This document shows, piece by piece, positions 52,415-64,000 of a DNA stretch of 64,000 nt; position 1 is the stretch's first letter; each line of letters begins with the position of its first letter. The DNA is from Eledone cirrhosa (Eukaryota): the NCBI GenBank assembly GCA_964016885.1, contig OZ024740.1, forward strand, positions 175,026,001 through 175,090,000, given 5' to 3'. Under the pieces are notes generated by a model. It had not been told where the DNA came from, searched no databases, and worked only from the letters and a program-made list of their open reading frames with translations. The position numbers and the translations under genes are program-made.

Positions 52415-53000
52415 AATAGTTGTTTCTACTTTTGGCACAAGACCAGCAATTACTCAGTACATTATGGAAAATGATGGAGGCACATGGCTTAGTGGTTAAA
52501 GCATTGGCCTTGTGATCGAAAGGTTGTGAGTTCAATTCTCAGACCAGGTGATGTGTTGTTTCCTTGAGCAAGACACTTCATTTCACATTGCTCCAGTTTA
52601 CTCAGCTGTAGAAATGAGATGACAGAGACTGGGGTCCCTATCATTCCACTGCAAAGTGGTCGTGGAGGTGCCACAGTAAAAAAGCACCCAGCCCACACTG
52701 TAAAGTGGACGTGGAGGTGTGACGGCAAAAAAGCACCCAGCACTCACTATAAATGAGGTTGGTGTTAGGAAGGGCATCCATCTGTAGAAATCGAGCCAGA
52801 GTCAGTTCCCGTCCCATCCTTGCAAGCAGGGAAAAGTGGACGTAAAATGAAATGATGATGATTACTGGTTCTTTATTTTATCAACCCCGTAAGGATGAAA
52901 GGAAAAATTAACCTCAACGGGATTTGAACTCAGACCATAAAGGGACGTAACTATGCTGGAAAGCATGGTGTCCGACCTTCTACCGATACTGGCAATTCAC
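52415..53000 (-). mobile_element. SINE2 interrupted by SINE1
   Basis: SINE2 halves at 52415-52464 and 52861-53000. Confidence 0.85.
52473..52860 (+). mobile_element. SINE family 1 (extra 3' repeat unit)
   Basis: Full head, core and tail. Confidence 0.93.
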
Positions 53001-53661
53001 AGTGAGCTCTATTCTCAATAGGGTTAGGAGAAGCCATAATGGGATCAAGGGTGTTATGGAATCAAAATGCTGTTTACCAATGTATCCTAAGCAAGGTAAA
53101 AAAAAGTTCTTTGTTTCTTGTTTGTTTTATGCTTTCTATATTATAATCTTCACTTTAATAAACTATTTGAACATCTAATATCTGACCAACCCTTATTGTT
53201 GAGCTAATGGTTTTGTGAAATGCAAAATGCAATAAAGATGTTTAGACACAGAGAGGTACATAACCACACAGTGAAAAAAATCTTTCTACATTTAAGTATT
53301 TAACACTTAATGAGAAGAAAATGTTTAGTCCATATCAAACATATCGCTAGATGTTAGAGAGAAAGAGAGATTGAATGTATTTTACTTGATATTATCACTA
53401 ACTTTTTCATAAATAATTAAATAAGGCCATCTGGCTGTAGAAAGCTTGCCAAACAAGTGTTTGGTGACATACACAAACTACAGTACAAGCTGTAAAATAG
53501 TCGGTGATAGGAAAGGCATCCAGTCATAGAAAGTTTGCCAAACAAAGGGCTGGGAGAACCCCTCGGTCATGTCAAGAACATAATAGTTTCCCGTGTTTGT
53601 ATGTACATGCCTGTACATAATTATACATGCTTCTACATATTCATACATATATATGTACACA

Positions 53662-53750
53662 TACACGGCGGCATCCCAGAAATATTCCACACTCCAATAG
53701 CATCCTAATAAATATTGCCTGTGTATACATTTTTGGAGGGCACCCTGTAT
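53662..53750. mobile_element. Tc1-like mini-MITE
   Basis: Ends gtatacatttttggagggcaccctg-TA. Confidence 0.55.
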
Positions 53751-53781
53751 ATAAACAAATTAAGATGGCAGAAACAAATTC

Positions 53782-54068
53782 TTACAACTGTTATGATACA
53801 AAGCTTCTCTTCAGACATATAACTAGGCAAATCTAATAATAATAATATTTAGAACAATAGAAACAAGAGTATGGATGTAGTCGCTAAAATGATATGTAGT
53901 TTTTCTCTGTACTCGCTTCTCTTTGATGATGATTAAATTTTCTGAGGAAATACACACTATTTTAAACACATACTAGATTAAAGTGTATACAAAATTCTTG
54001 TTTCTATTATAATTATTACATTTGACTAGTTGTGTTTGAAGAAAAGCTTTTTATTGAAACAATTAGTA
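53782..54068. repeat. Old diverged fold-back with degenerate HHR in each arm
   Basis: 53782-53868 is the reverse complement of 53996-54068: (c/t)tgaaga-gaagcttt..-gaaac..gta. Confidence 0.6.
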
Positions 54069-54282
54069 TTAAACTATGTACAAACTTCTTTTTGTCACCT
54101 TAATTTGTTTTATATGCTCTGTGTCAAAATTGCAACCTTTCTTCTACCCTTTAAAAGTCTCCTCAGTATATTTCTATCTGCATAAACACACAGCTTAAAT
54201 CTTCTCAATTGTAATTTCTCTTCAAGCAATTCCAAAATATATATATCAAAAATATATATAAGAAATAATATATATACATGTG

Positions 54283-57200
54283 TCATCATCACCGTTTTAC
54301 GTCCGTTCTTCCACGCTAGCATGGGTTAGACGGGTTGTCCTATTGTGGGCAGTATCTGGTCGGCTGACCATGCCTTGCTCATACAGGAACTGATTTGGCT
54401 TGATTTCTACAGCTGGATGCCCTTCCTAACACCAACCTCATTTACAGTGAGTGCTGGCTGCTTTTTCGTGGCGCCTACACGTCCACTTTACAGTGTGGGC
54501 TGGGTGCTTTTTTTGTCGTGGAACCTCCACGACCACCTTCCGGTGGGGGGTGTGGGGGCATATTGTCTATATGCTTCAGCTTGTACCCATGGGAGGTCGG
54601 GTACTCTGTATTACTGCGTGACGCCAGAAGTCACGGTCGTGTGTCATTGTCTTTGAGAGGTGTAATTGGGTAAGGTCGGCTTTTATCACCTCATCCCAGG
54701 TCATCTTGGGTCTCCCCACTCCGCGGTTTCCATCAACTTCTAGTGCTCTGCACCTTTTTATGCAGCTGTCATCCTTCATACGCATCACATGTCCATACCA
54801 GCGCAACCGCCTCTCCTGCACACAGCATTTAATTCCTCTTATGCTCAGTCTCTCTCTCAATTCATTTATGCTTTGTCGTTCACGTATATTATTGTTACAC
54901 ATCCATCGGAGCATGCAGGCTTCGTTTCTCTCTAATCTACGTAAGTCTTCCACCTTCAGCGCCCAGGTCTCGCTACCATGCAACATCGCTGTTCGGATAC
55001 ACTCATCATACAGTCTGCCTTTCATTCTGAGGGAGAAGCCTTTTGCAGCTAGCAGTGGTAGTAGTTCCCTAAACTTCTTCCATCCCATTCTTACCCTAGT
55101 TATTGCACTTTCTGAACACCCACCTCCGTTGCTAATTCGGTCACCTAGGTAGCAGAAGCTGTCTACTGTTTCTACAGGGCCCTCCCAGAGATTGGTGGTA
55201 CTTGTTTCCTGTTTGCTGTCTCAGCACAGCTGCTGCATGTGAATCCTACATTCTTAATTAAGCTTCCTGAGATCCCGCTACATCTCTTGTGTACCCATTG
55301 TTTGCATTTGGGGCAGAGAATGGAGTTCCTACCTACACCTTTCCTACATACTGAGCAAGGCCATTTCCCTGAGGGGATCTGGGTTCTGTTTTCTCGTCTA
55401 CTTACAAGGACCTTAGTCTTTGTCATGTTGACTTTGAGACCCTTTCTTTCTAGTCCCTGCTTCCAGGTTTGGAATTTATTCTCTAGTTCTACCATAGATT
55501 CAGCTATGAGCGCGAGGTCATCAGCATACAGGAGTTCCCATGGGCATCCGGTCTTAAACTCCTCTGTTATTGCCTGCAGGACTATGATGAACAGGAGAGG
55601 GCTAAGAACAGAGCCCTGGTGGACCCCAACCTGTACGCTAAATTCCTCGCTATACTCATTGCTAATCCTAACTTTGCTGACTGCTCCCCTATACATGACT
55701 TGTACCGCTTTCACAAACCATTCATCTACTCCTAGTTTTCTAAGAGCCCACCAGATTACAGCATGTGGAACTCTGTCAAAGGCTTTCTCAAGGTCGACAA
55801 ATACCAAGTAGAGTGGCTTACTTTTAGCTAGGTACTTTTCCTGTAATTGCCTCACAAGGAAGAGGGCATCAGTGGTGCCTCTTCCTGGTACAAACCCAAA
55901 TTGCATCTCGTCTATTTTCACCCGGTCCCTAATCAGCTGTGCTATAACTCTTTCTGTTACTTTCATGACCTGGTCCATCAACTTTATACCTCTATAGTTT
56001 CCTCTATCTAGTGCATCGCCTTTACCTTTGTAGCAGTTGACAATGATGCTACTGCACCAATCTTTTGGTATGGCCCCTTCTAGTATTACCTGGTTAACGA
56101 TACGTGTGGTTATAGTGTGACCTACAGACCCAGATGCCTTCAGCATCTCGGCAGCTATACCCGATGGACCGGTTGCCTTCCCCATCTTCATATCTTTGAT
56201 TGCCTTACTTACTACGCTGCCGCTGACTTGTACTGCTGGTCCCTCTATAGGGTCTACTTGGGGTAGGGTCACTTCTTCCCATGCATTCTCCTCATTTAGT
56301 AATCTATCATAATGACTCTTCCATGCATCTTTCTTCTCAGCACTTGTGAGGGCAAGCTCACCTTTAACATTCCGGATACACTTCTCTCCAATGACATCAC
56401 AACTATCTCTGACACACTGCCTCACAATCTTGAATACCTCCTGTTTCTGGTCCTCACGTTGTAAAACATGCTTGAATTTTCTATCCTCTGCTTCCCTCCT
56501 AGCTAAGTATACTTGTCGCCTAGCTTCCCTCTTGGTCTCTATGTAATGTACCCTGCTCCCCCCGTTCTTTCATTCTTTCCATGCCTGTCTCTTGGCCTTG
56601 ACTACTTCATCTACCTTATTGTTCCACCACCAAGTCACTCTCCTCCTGCTTGAGGTCTTACTCCAGCCACAGACCTCATCCGTCGCCTCTAGTAAATTAA
56701 TTTTTAGGAACTCCCAGTTCTCTTCTACATTAAATGTCTATATCTGTTCTTCTTTACTGTCGTAGGCGTTGAGTAAAATATCTTTAAATCTGTTACTGGT
56801 TGAGGGGACTTTCAGCTTCCAGATCTTTCTTCTCCAGGTTGGCCTCTGTTTCCGGGTTCGGCTAGTTCTGACCGTGAGGTCGCTGACAACTAAGCTATGT
56901 TGGGATGTACATTCATCACTAGGGAAGGCTTTTGTGTTTACGACCATCCATCTGTCACGTCCTCTGATGAGGATAAAATCTAACTGACTAGAGTGCTCCC
57001 CTGATCTATAGGTGATCAGGTGGTTGTCGGGTTTTTTAAAGTTTGTGTTACATATCGACATGTCATTGGCGTCGCAGAATTCTAGAAGTCTGAATCCTTC
57101 CTCATTCCTTGTGCCAACCCCATGGCCTCCATGTACTCTATTGAAGCCGTCGCAGTGTTTACCTACGTGTCCGTTAAAATCTCCTGCGATGATTAGGAAG

Positions 57201-57335
57201 TCCTTGTCGTCTGTTAGAGCAGTAGTGTGTATTAGGGACTCGTAAAACCTATCCTTAAATTCGTCTGGCAGCCCCGATTGGGGTGCGTAAGCTGATATTA
57301 TTGTGGTAATTGTTTTATTCAGGACTAGTCTGAGT
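54283..57335 (-). mobile_element. Long RTE LINE, subfamily B (EN partial + RT + PHD + 3'UTR)
   Basis: ORFs 56738-57061, 55172-56425 (NYRGIKL, QFGFVPG, YADD) and 54576-55088; few disruptions. Confidence 0.96.
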
Positions 57336-57608
57336 GTGTGTATATATATGTGTATATATGCATATAAATGTATATATGTATATATTAGAGCTATTTAATT
57401 GTAAGAGACTACTCTGAGTTTCTAACTCACTATATATTTGTCGGCTCCATCATGTTGAGGTAATTTTAAAGTCTTGTTAACCAGGCTGCTATTTTTAGCG
57501 GCATGGGATTTCGAGACAAGCTGGGTTCCGAAGACACGTGCGATAATTCTTATCGCACACAATTCAGTCTTCTAATATATTTAGAAGTGAAAGGATCGCT
57601 AATTTCTC

Positions 57609-57690
57609 AACAACTACTGAGGAGTAGAGAAAAGTGTGGACTTCACTTAATAAGATGTTGCGAAACAGTTTCCAAAACTGTCTAGTTGTT
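57609..57690 (+). ncRNA. Canonical type I hammerhead ribozyme
   Basis: aacaacta-CTGAGGA-gtag..ttgc-GAAA-cagttt(cca)aaactg-TC-tagttgtt; 8-bp stem I, 7-bp stem III, GUC site at 57680-57682. Confidence 0.9.
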
Positions 57691-57959
57691 ACCAGCCTTT
57701 TGCCCAATATAGGTCTGTTATTTTTCTTAATTTACTACTTAAAATTAAGTCTGACAAAGCATATTGCTGTAGTTAGTATTTTTTCACCCTAGCAAACCTA
57801 GTCCTTACGATTCGAACACATGCATGTTTATATTAGTGTTCATCTCTCTTGTTTATTCAATTATATGTATATATATGTGTGTTGAATGTGTGCATAAATC
57901 TACAGATACCCATGGTACATATTTGATACAACTTTATAGTTACTTGATACTCGTGTTAT

Positions 57960-60847
57960 ATAGACTAGGAGAGAGGCTAGGTGACAAGTATACTTCACAA
58001 GAAGGGCAGCAGAAAATAAAAAAAATGTTTATGCTTTTTATGCAATGTGAGGTGTTCAAGATGGTTAGGCAGTGTGTCAGGGGAAATTGTGATGTTTGGG
58101 AAAAGTGTGTCTGAGATGACAATGGTGCACTTGCCCTCACCAACACAAAAAAGAAAACATCATACTGATGAATGAGGAGAATTCATGGGAGTAAGATAGC
58201 TTGCTCTAAGTAGACACAACAGAGGGACCAGCTGTAACAGCTGTCAGCATAGTAAGTAAGACTATTAAGGATATGAAGACAAGCAAAGCAGCTGAGACAT
58301 TGGAAATAGTTGCTGAGATGCTGAAAGCATCTGGGATGGTATGTCACATCATAACCACCCATAATGTAAACCATGTTATTCAAAATGAATCTATACCCAA
58401 TTACTGGCATAGCAGCATCATTGTCAACTGCTACAAGGACAAAAGTGATGCACTAGACAGAAGAAACTACTGAGGAATCAAATTGATGGACCAGGTCATG
58501 AAGTTTATGGAAAGAGTCATTGCACAACTGATAAGGGATTGAATTAACATAGTGAGATGCAGTTTAGATTGTGCCAGATAAATCTACCAAGAATGCCCTT
58601 TTTCTTGTGAGACAACTGCAGGAGAAGTACCTAGCTAAAGGTAAACCCCTCTGCTTGGCATTTGTTGACTTGGAGAAAACTAGGAGTAAACGAGTGGCTT
58701 TTGAGGGCAGTACAAGCCATATACAGAGGTGCAATCATCAAGATAAAAATAATGACTATAGTGAGAAGTTTAGCCTGCAAATTTGGGTCAACCACGGCTC
58801 TATCCTTAGCCCTCTCTTGTTTATTATCATCCTCTAGGCTATAACAGAAGAGTTTAAAACAGGATGCCCTTGAGAACTCTTGTATGTTGATGATCTAACT
58901 CCCATAGCTGAATCTATGGCAGAACTAGAGGAAAAAATTCCTGACCTAGAAGCACAACCTGGAATCAAAAGGCCTTAAAGTCAACTTGGCAAAGACTAAA
59001 GTCCTAGTGAGTAAAAATGAAAACAAGGCCCTGATCTCTTCAGGGAAATGATTCTGCTCAGTGTGTAGGAATTCTATCCTTTGTCCCAAATGTGAACTAA
59101 GTGTACACAAGATCTCAGGTAGGCTAGCAAAGAACATAGCTTTTACATGTGGTCATTGCACAGGAGCAGTAAGCAGCAAATACTCACTGAAAACAAGCTC
59201 TATCAAATTCTTAGAGGGTTCTGTAGAAGCAGTTGACAGCTTCTGTTACCTGGTTGACCAAATTAGCAGTGGTGGTAGATATTCCAAAAGTACAGTAGCC
59301 AGAGTGAGAACAGGATGGAAAAAGTTCAGTAAGCTACTACTGCTTCTAACTACAAATTTTTTTCCCTCAAAATGGAGGGTGGATTATGTGTATATTAACA
59401 GCAATGTTGCACGAGTAAGAGGGATCAGATGCAGTGTGCAAAAGAGGTTGCAGTGGTATGGACATTTGATGTGCATGAAGGATGATAACTGTATAAAAAG
59501 GTGCAGGGCATTCAAAGTTGACAGAAGCTATGGAAGAGGAAAATCTTCAAAAGTTTGGGATGATATTATAAAAGCCAATCTTCCACAATTGCATCTCTTA
59601 AAGCCGATGACACAGGATTAAGACCTCTGGTGTTATGCAGTACTCCAGAAGGCCCGCTTTCTCTTGTGCATGGGATGAAGCAACATCTAGTGACCTCTAG
59701 TATGCACTACTTGTCCTGCCTCCACACAGTACTACAGATGAACAGCCTTCTCATGTGCAGGATGAAGCAACATTTAGCAGTTTTTAGTATGTACTGCTTA
59801 TCCCCCTCCCACTTCCATACACCTCCCATGTCTTAACACTCCACCCTTCACCAGCTAAGTAGCCTAGCCTAGACCAAACTCCTCCCAATCGCCACCCTAC
59901 ACACACCCCACCTCCACTTTCCCCATCTTATGCACCTCTCTTGACCAACAAGCATCAGAAGATGAACACAATCTCCTACAATGCTGCTGAAATGGTGAAT
60001 GGCTAATAGTTCTCAGTTCACCCTATAAGGTGGTAGAGCTGGTGACACAACAAAAACCTCTAGTTCATGTAAAGTGCCATAACAAAAGAGCACCTAGCCA
60101 TCCCAGAAAAGTGGCCATGTTGGTGACATGAGAAATAAGCACCTAGTCCACCCTGTAAGGCGATTATGTTGGTTACACAACAGGAGTCACCTAGCCCATC
60201 CTGTAAAGTGTGTTGGTGGCATGACAGAAGGCATTTGGTCCATCCTGTAAAGTGTGTTGGTGGCATGACAGAAGGCATTTGGTCCATCCTGTAAAGTGGG
60301 CTTGTTGGTGGCATGACAGAAGGCACCCGGTCCATCCTGTGGAATGAGCAGGGTGGTAACATGACAAAGAGCACCCAGTCAGCCATGTACGGTGGTCATG
60401 TTGGTGATGCAACAAAAGTGCCCAATCCACCCTGTAGAGTGGTCTGACACATCAAAAAGTGCCCAGTTCACCCTGTAGAGTGGTTGTGTTAGTGATATGA
60501 CAACAAACCCCCAGTCCACCTTGTAAATTAGTTGTGATAGAGTCATGACAAAAACACCCAGTCCGACCTGTAAAGTGGTTGTGATGGTAACACGACAAAA
60601 AGTGTCCAGTCCACACTGAAAACTAGTCATTTTGGTGCCAAGCACCCAGTCCAGACAGTAAAGTCGTCATTTTGGTGACATGACAAATAGTGGTATGTCC
60701 ACACTGAAAATGTGGCTGGCGTTAGAAAGACAAAGCAGAAACAGTTCTGTATGAGCAAGACATGGTCATCTGATCTGACTTCTCTTACAATAGGACAACT
60801 TGTCTAACCCATGCTAGCGGCATGGAAAAATTGACGTTAAACTGTGA

Positions 60848-60850
<3 letters not shown>
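57960..60850 (+). mobile_element. Older RTE LINE copy with expanded 3'UTR array
   Basis: RT fragments in ORFs 58273, 58571 and 59061; tail gacgttaaactgtgatgat. Confidence 0.9.
60020..60720. repeat. ~40-44-bp minisatellite within the RTE 3'UTR
   Basis: Recurring cacccagtccac.ctgtaaagtggt..tg.tggtg.catgacaaaa; near-identical 44-bp units at 60196-60330. Confidence 0.9.
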
Positions 60851-60898
<48 letters not shown>

Positions 60899-60908
60899 TG
60901 TGTGTGTG

Positions 60909-61198
60909 TGATGTTTCAGCAAAGTAAGTTGATAGTTTGCTAAACTTTAGGTATGTATGAATATATATATATATCAGATAGGGTGTGGTAAAATACCCAC
61001 CAGAGTACCCGATACTTGGGGTAGTTGAATGGGTAATATGAACAGATTCAGGACCCCGACGGCTGAGCTCTGGTAGTTTTGACAGATCTAGCTGTCGAAA
61101 TGGCCAGAGCTCAGCCGTCGGGGTCCTGAATCTGTTCATATTACTCACTCAACTACCCCAAGTATCGGGTACTCTGGTGGGTATTTTACCACACCCTA

Positions 61199-61259
<61 letters not shown>

Positions 61260-61308
61260 TACATACCTAAAGTTTAGCAAACTATCAACTCACTTTGTTG
61301 AAACATCA
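60909..61308. repeat. Fold-back element centred in HHR stem II, including flanking (TA)n and unique DNA
   Basis: Centre gacag-atctag-ctgtc; arms share gaccccgacggctgagctc with the 39.7-kb and 62.3-kb elements. Confidence 0.95.
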
Positions 61309-61351
61309 TAGCCATTGAAATGAAAGAAATTGAATACCCCCCCCCCCCACT

Positions 61352-61430
<79 letters not shown>

Positions 61431-61446
61431 AAAGAATAGAGCTGTA

Positions 61447-61487
<41 letters not shown>

Positions 61488-61689
61488 TGCACGCAACATA
61501 TTTATATGGATATGTGTGTGTATGTGTGTTATTTTTAATAACTTCTTTAGACATTTTACACATTATTTATTCCTAGTTAAACATTCTATTTATTCCCTTA
61601 AAAGTAAATATATAAAAATAAAAAAGACCACCCACAGATTTCTATAATTATTTACTTTCAGATAACTATTCATAATTTTTTAAATATTT

Positions 61690-62060
61690 TTTCCCCCTTT
61701 ACAAATTTTATTATTCAGTCAATAATGGCCATATCTAAATATCTAACCCAATCGTCACCAACACCACTATCAGCACTAACATCAGTACCACAACCTTGAA
61801 CAATACCACTAGCGCCCTCATCCATTACCTCTAACAAAACCATCATCATCAGCAACACTGCCAGCATGACCTGCACCACTAACAACAACAGCAACAAACA
61901 TTATCATCAGCACTAGCACTAACAACAACTCCCCATTGAAAGCATCATCAATACTGCCACCATCACCAACACCACCAACAACACTACCAGCATCACCAAC
62001 AACAACACAAGTAACAAAACTAGCAACAATCCAACCACCACCTACCCAGCAGCACCACAG
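61690..62060. repeat. Degenerate (CAC/CAA/CAG)n low-complexity tract
   Basis: Direct read. Confidence 0.8.
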
Positions 62061-62269
62061 GGCCAGTTAAGCCTGAAATGCATAGACGGTTGTGCCCCTT
62101 GCTTCTGCTGAATATCACCAGAGGGCGTTAGCACTCCCCCCCCCTGTTTGCATAGCTACAGCTTCCTAAAACCGTATTTCTTTGGAGATACGAAATATTT
62201 ATACATATTGTATAAAGCTATGCTTGAAGCGAAATCCTATTTCTATTATATATATATATATATATATAT

Positions 62270-62453
62270 ATAGGAACCAGTAAGACCCCGACAGCTGAGC
62301 TCAAGCCGTTTCGACGGCTAATTTCGACGTCGAAACGGCTTGAGCTCAGCTGTCGGGGTCTTACTGGTTCCTATTACCCACTCTACTACCTCAAGTATTG
62401 AGTACTTTGGTGCGTTATGGTCCACCTGGTTCCTTACCACATTTCCTTCGTTA
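62270..62453. mobile_element. Short fold-back HHR-family element with 3' tail in (TA)n
   Basis: Arms 62270-62316 and 62328-62374; tail homologous to 40235-40315. Confidence 0.92.
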
Positions 62454-62916
62454 TATATATATATATTTTTTTTTTTGTTACATGTTTCATTTAAAATGCA
62501 TATGTGTAAAGATAAGATTTCTAAGATGTATTAAGAGCTACAAAATAGATAAATTATATTGCTCAATGGTCTTTTTAAAACTCCAGCCATTCCTCTGCAA
62601 AAGCAAACACCATACAATTGACACAATCTTCACTATTTTCTCACCCCTCTGCTACCTTACTCTCTTTCTCCACATACCAACCATGCCCACCCCCGTCTAT
62701 CATGTTTCTTCCCCCTTCTCTTTTTATACACTCTTAAAAAATCTAGTTGTTGAGATGATATTCAGTACTTTCTTCTAAGTTTCACTTGTGTCTTTATTAT
62801 TTTGTTTTGGTGGGGTATTTTTTAAAGTATGTTTTTCATGAATATTTAGTTGTTCTTTATTCACTGAGAGAGAAAATATCAATAAAACATATCTCACTCC
62901 CTCTCTCATATATATA

Positions 62917-62917
<1 letters not shown>

Positions 62918-62968
<51 letters not shown>

Positions 62969-64000
62969 GTTTAACGTCCATGTTCCACGCATGCATGGGT
63001 TTGGACGGGGGTTTTCCCACTTGAGGCAAGAGTGATCATCTTGCTCGCATAGGACTATCTGGCGGGTTTTCTACAGCTAGATGCCCTTTCTAACACCAAC
63101 CACATTTACAGTGTGGGGCTGGGAGGTTTTTACCGTGTTGCCTACACGGCCACATTACAGTGTGAACTGTGTTTTTTTGACGTGACACCTACACGATCTC
63201 ATTTGTTTCGGCCTGGATGTTGTGGCACCAACATAACTTTACATTGAAAGGGGCGGTGTGGATGGGGTGGGGGTGGTGGGACGGGGGTGGATTTTGTTAG
63301 AGATGCCTACTGACTGTAGTAGGTTTTACTTTGTATTTAGGTAAGGCGGGTCTTCTCTATTACTGAGTACCGCCAAAGGTCTCGGTCCAGTGACATTGTC
63401 TTGGTGAGGTGTAAGTGTGTGAGGTCGGAATTTATCAGCTCGTCCCAGGTTTTTCTGGGTCTGCCTATTCTGTGGCTACCGTCTATCTTTATTGCCCTGC
63501 ACTTTGTTATACAGCTATCGTCCTTCATGCGCATCACGTGACCATACCAACGTAGCCTTTTCTCGAGTAAACAACATCTGATCCCTCTTATTTCTAATTT
63601 TTTCCTTAGTTCGTTTATGCTTTGCCGTTCACGTATATTACTATTACACATCCAGTGGAGCATGCAAGCATCGTTTCTCTCTAGTCTGCGTATATCCTCT
63701 GCACACAATGCGCAGGTCTCACTGCCGTGCAACACTGCTGTTCGTATGCAGGCATCGTACAACCTGCCTTTCATTTTTAGGGAGAACCCTTTAGCGGCTA
63801 ATAGTGGTATAAGCTCTCTGAACTTTTTCCATCCAGTTCTGACTCTAGCTACTGTACTTTCAGAGCACCCTCCCCCACTGTTGATTTTGTCACCCAGGTA
63901 ACGGAAGCTTTCCACTATTTCTATAGAACCCTCTGCGCAGTTGAAAGAGCTAGTATTTTGTGGGCACTTGCTGCTACTTATTGCACAGAGCACCGGCCAC
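62918..64000 (-). mobile_element. RTE LINE subfamily A (runs off the window)
   Basis: ORF 63337-63993; very similar to 3370-4398; (CAT)n tail. Confidence 0.95.

Noticed and set aside
54110-54250. GIY-YIG C-terminal remnant (KLC motif)
   Set aside because: Too degenerate to support by eye.
55239-55811. Antisense ORFs opposite RTE RT (also 4365, 17597, 54706)
   Set aside because: Shadow frames of the LINE coding strand with no independent support.
60020-60720. CRISPR-like array
   Set aside because: Units are contiguous degenerate repeats with no unique spacers, inside a LINE 3'UTR, and there are no cas genes.

Overview
AT-rich, repeat-saturated animal genomic DNA with no intact host protein-coding gene. 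The repeat content suggests an octopod cephalopod intron or intergenic region; that is an inference. Most of the window is RTE-clade LINE copies with (ATG)n tails and a PHD-type zinc finger inside the RT, two tRNA-type SINE families, and remnants of BovB-like, Rex3-like, CR1-like, R4/Dong and Penelope elements. It also holds two non-autonomous Helitrons, TTAA piggyBac-type MITEs, Tc1/mariner/pogo remnants and many microsatellites. The most striking signal is a set of type I hammerhead ribozyme (HHR) motifs. Complete cores are at 26987-27117, 38128-38198, 40127-40222 (a U3:A8 core variant) and 57609-57690. Several HHRs sit in long fold-back elements, mostly next to (TA)n tracts, with an HHR on each strand (37990-38234, 39742-40315, 53782-54068). 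Two more fold-backs carry half-ribozymes (60909-61308, 62270-62453). This fits Penelope-like pseudo-LTR/retrozyme biology. Two of the fold-backs also carry 16-nt inserts that exactly match sequence further along the window. All calls were made by eye; boundaries of old repeats are approximate.
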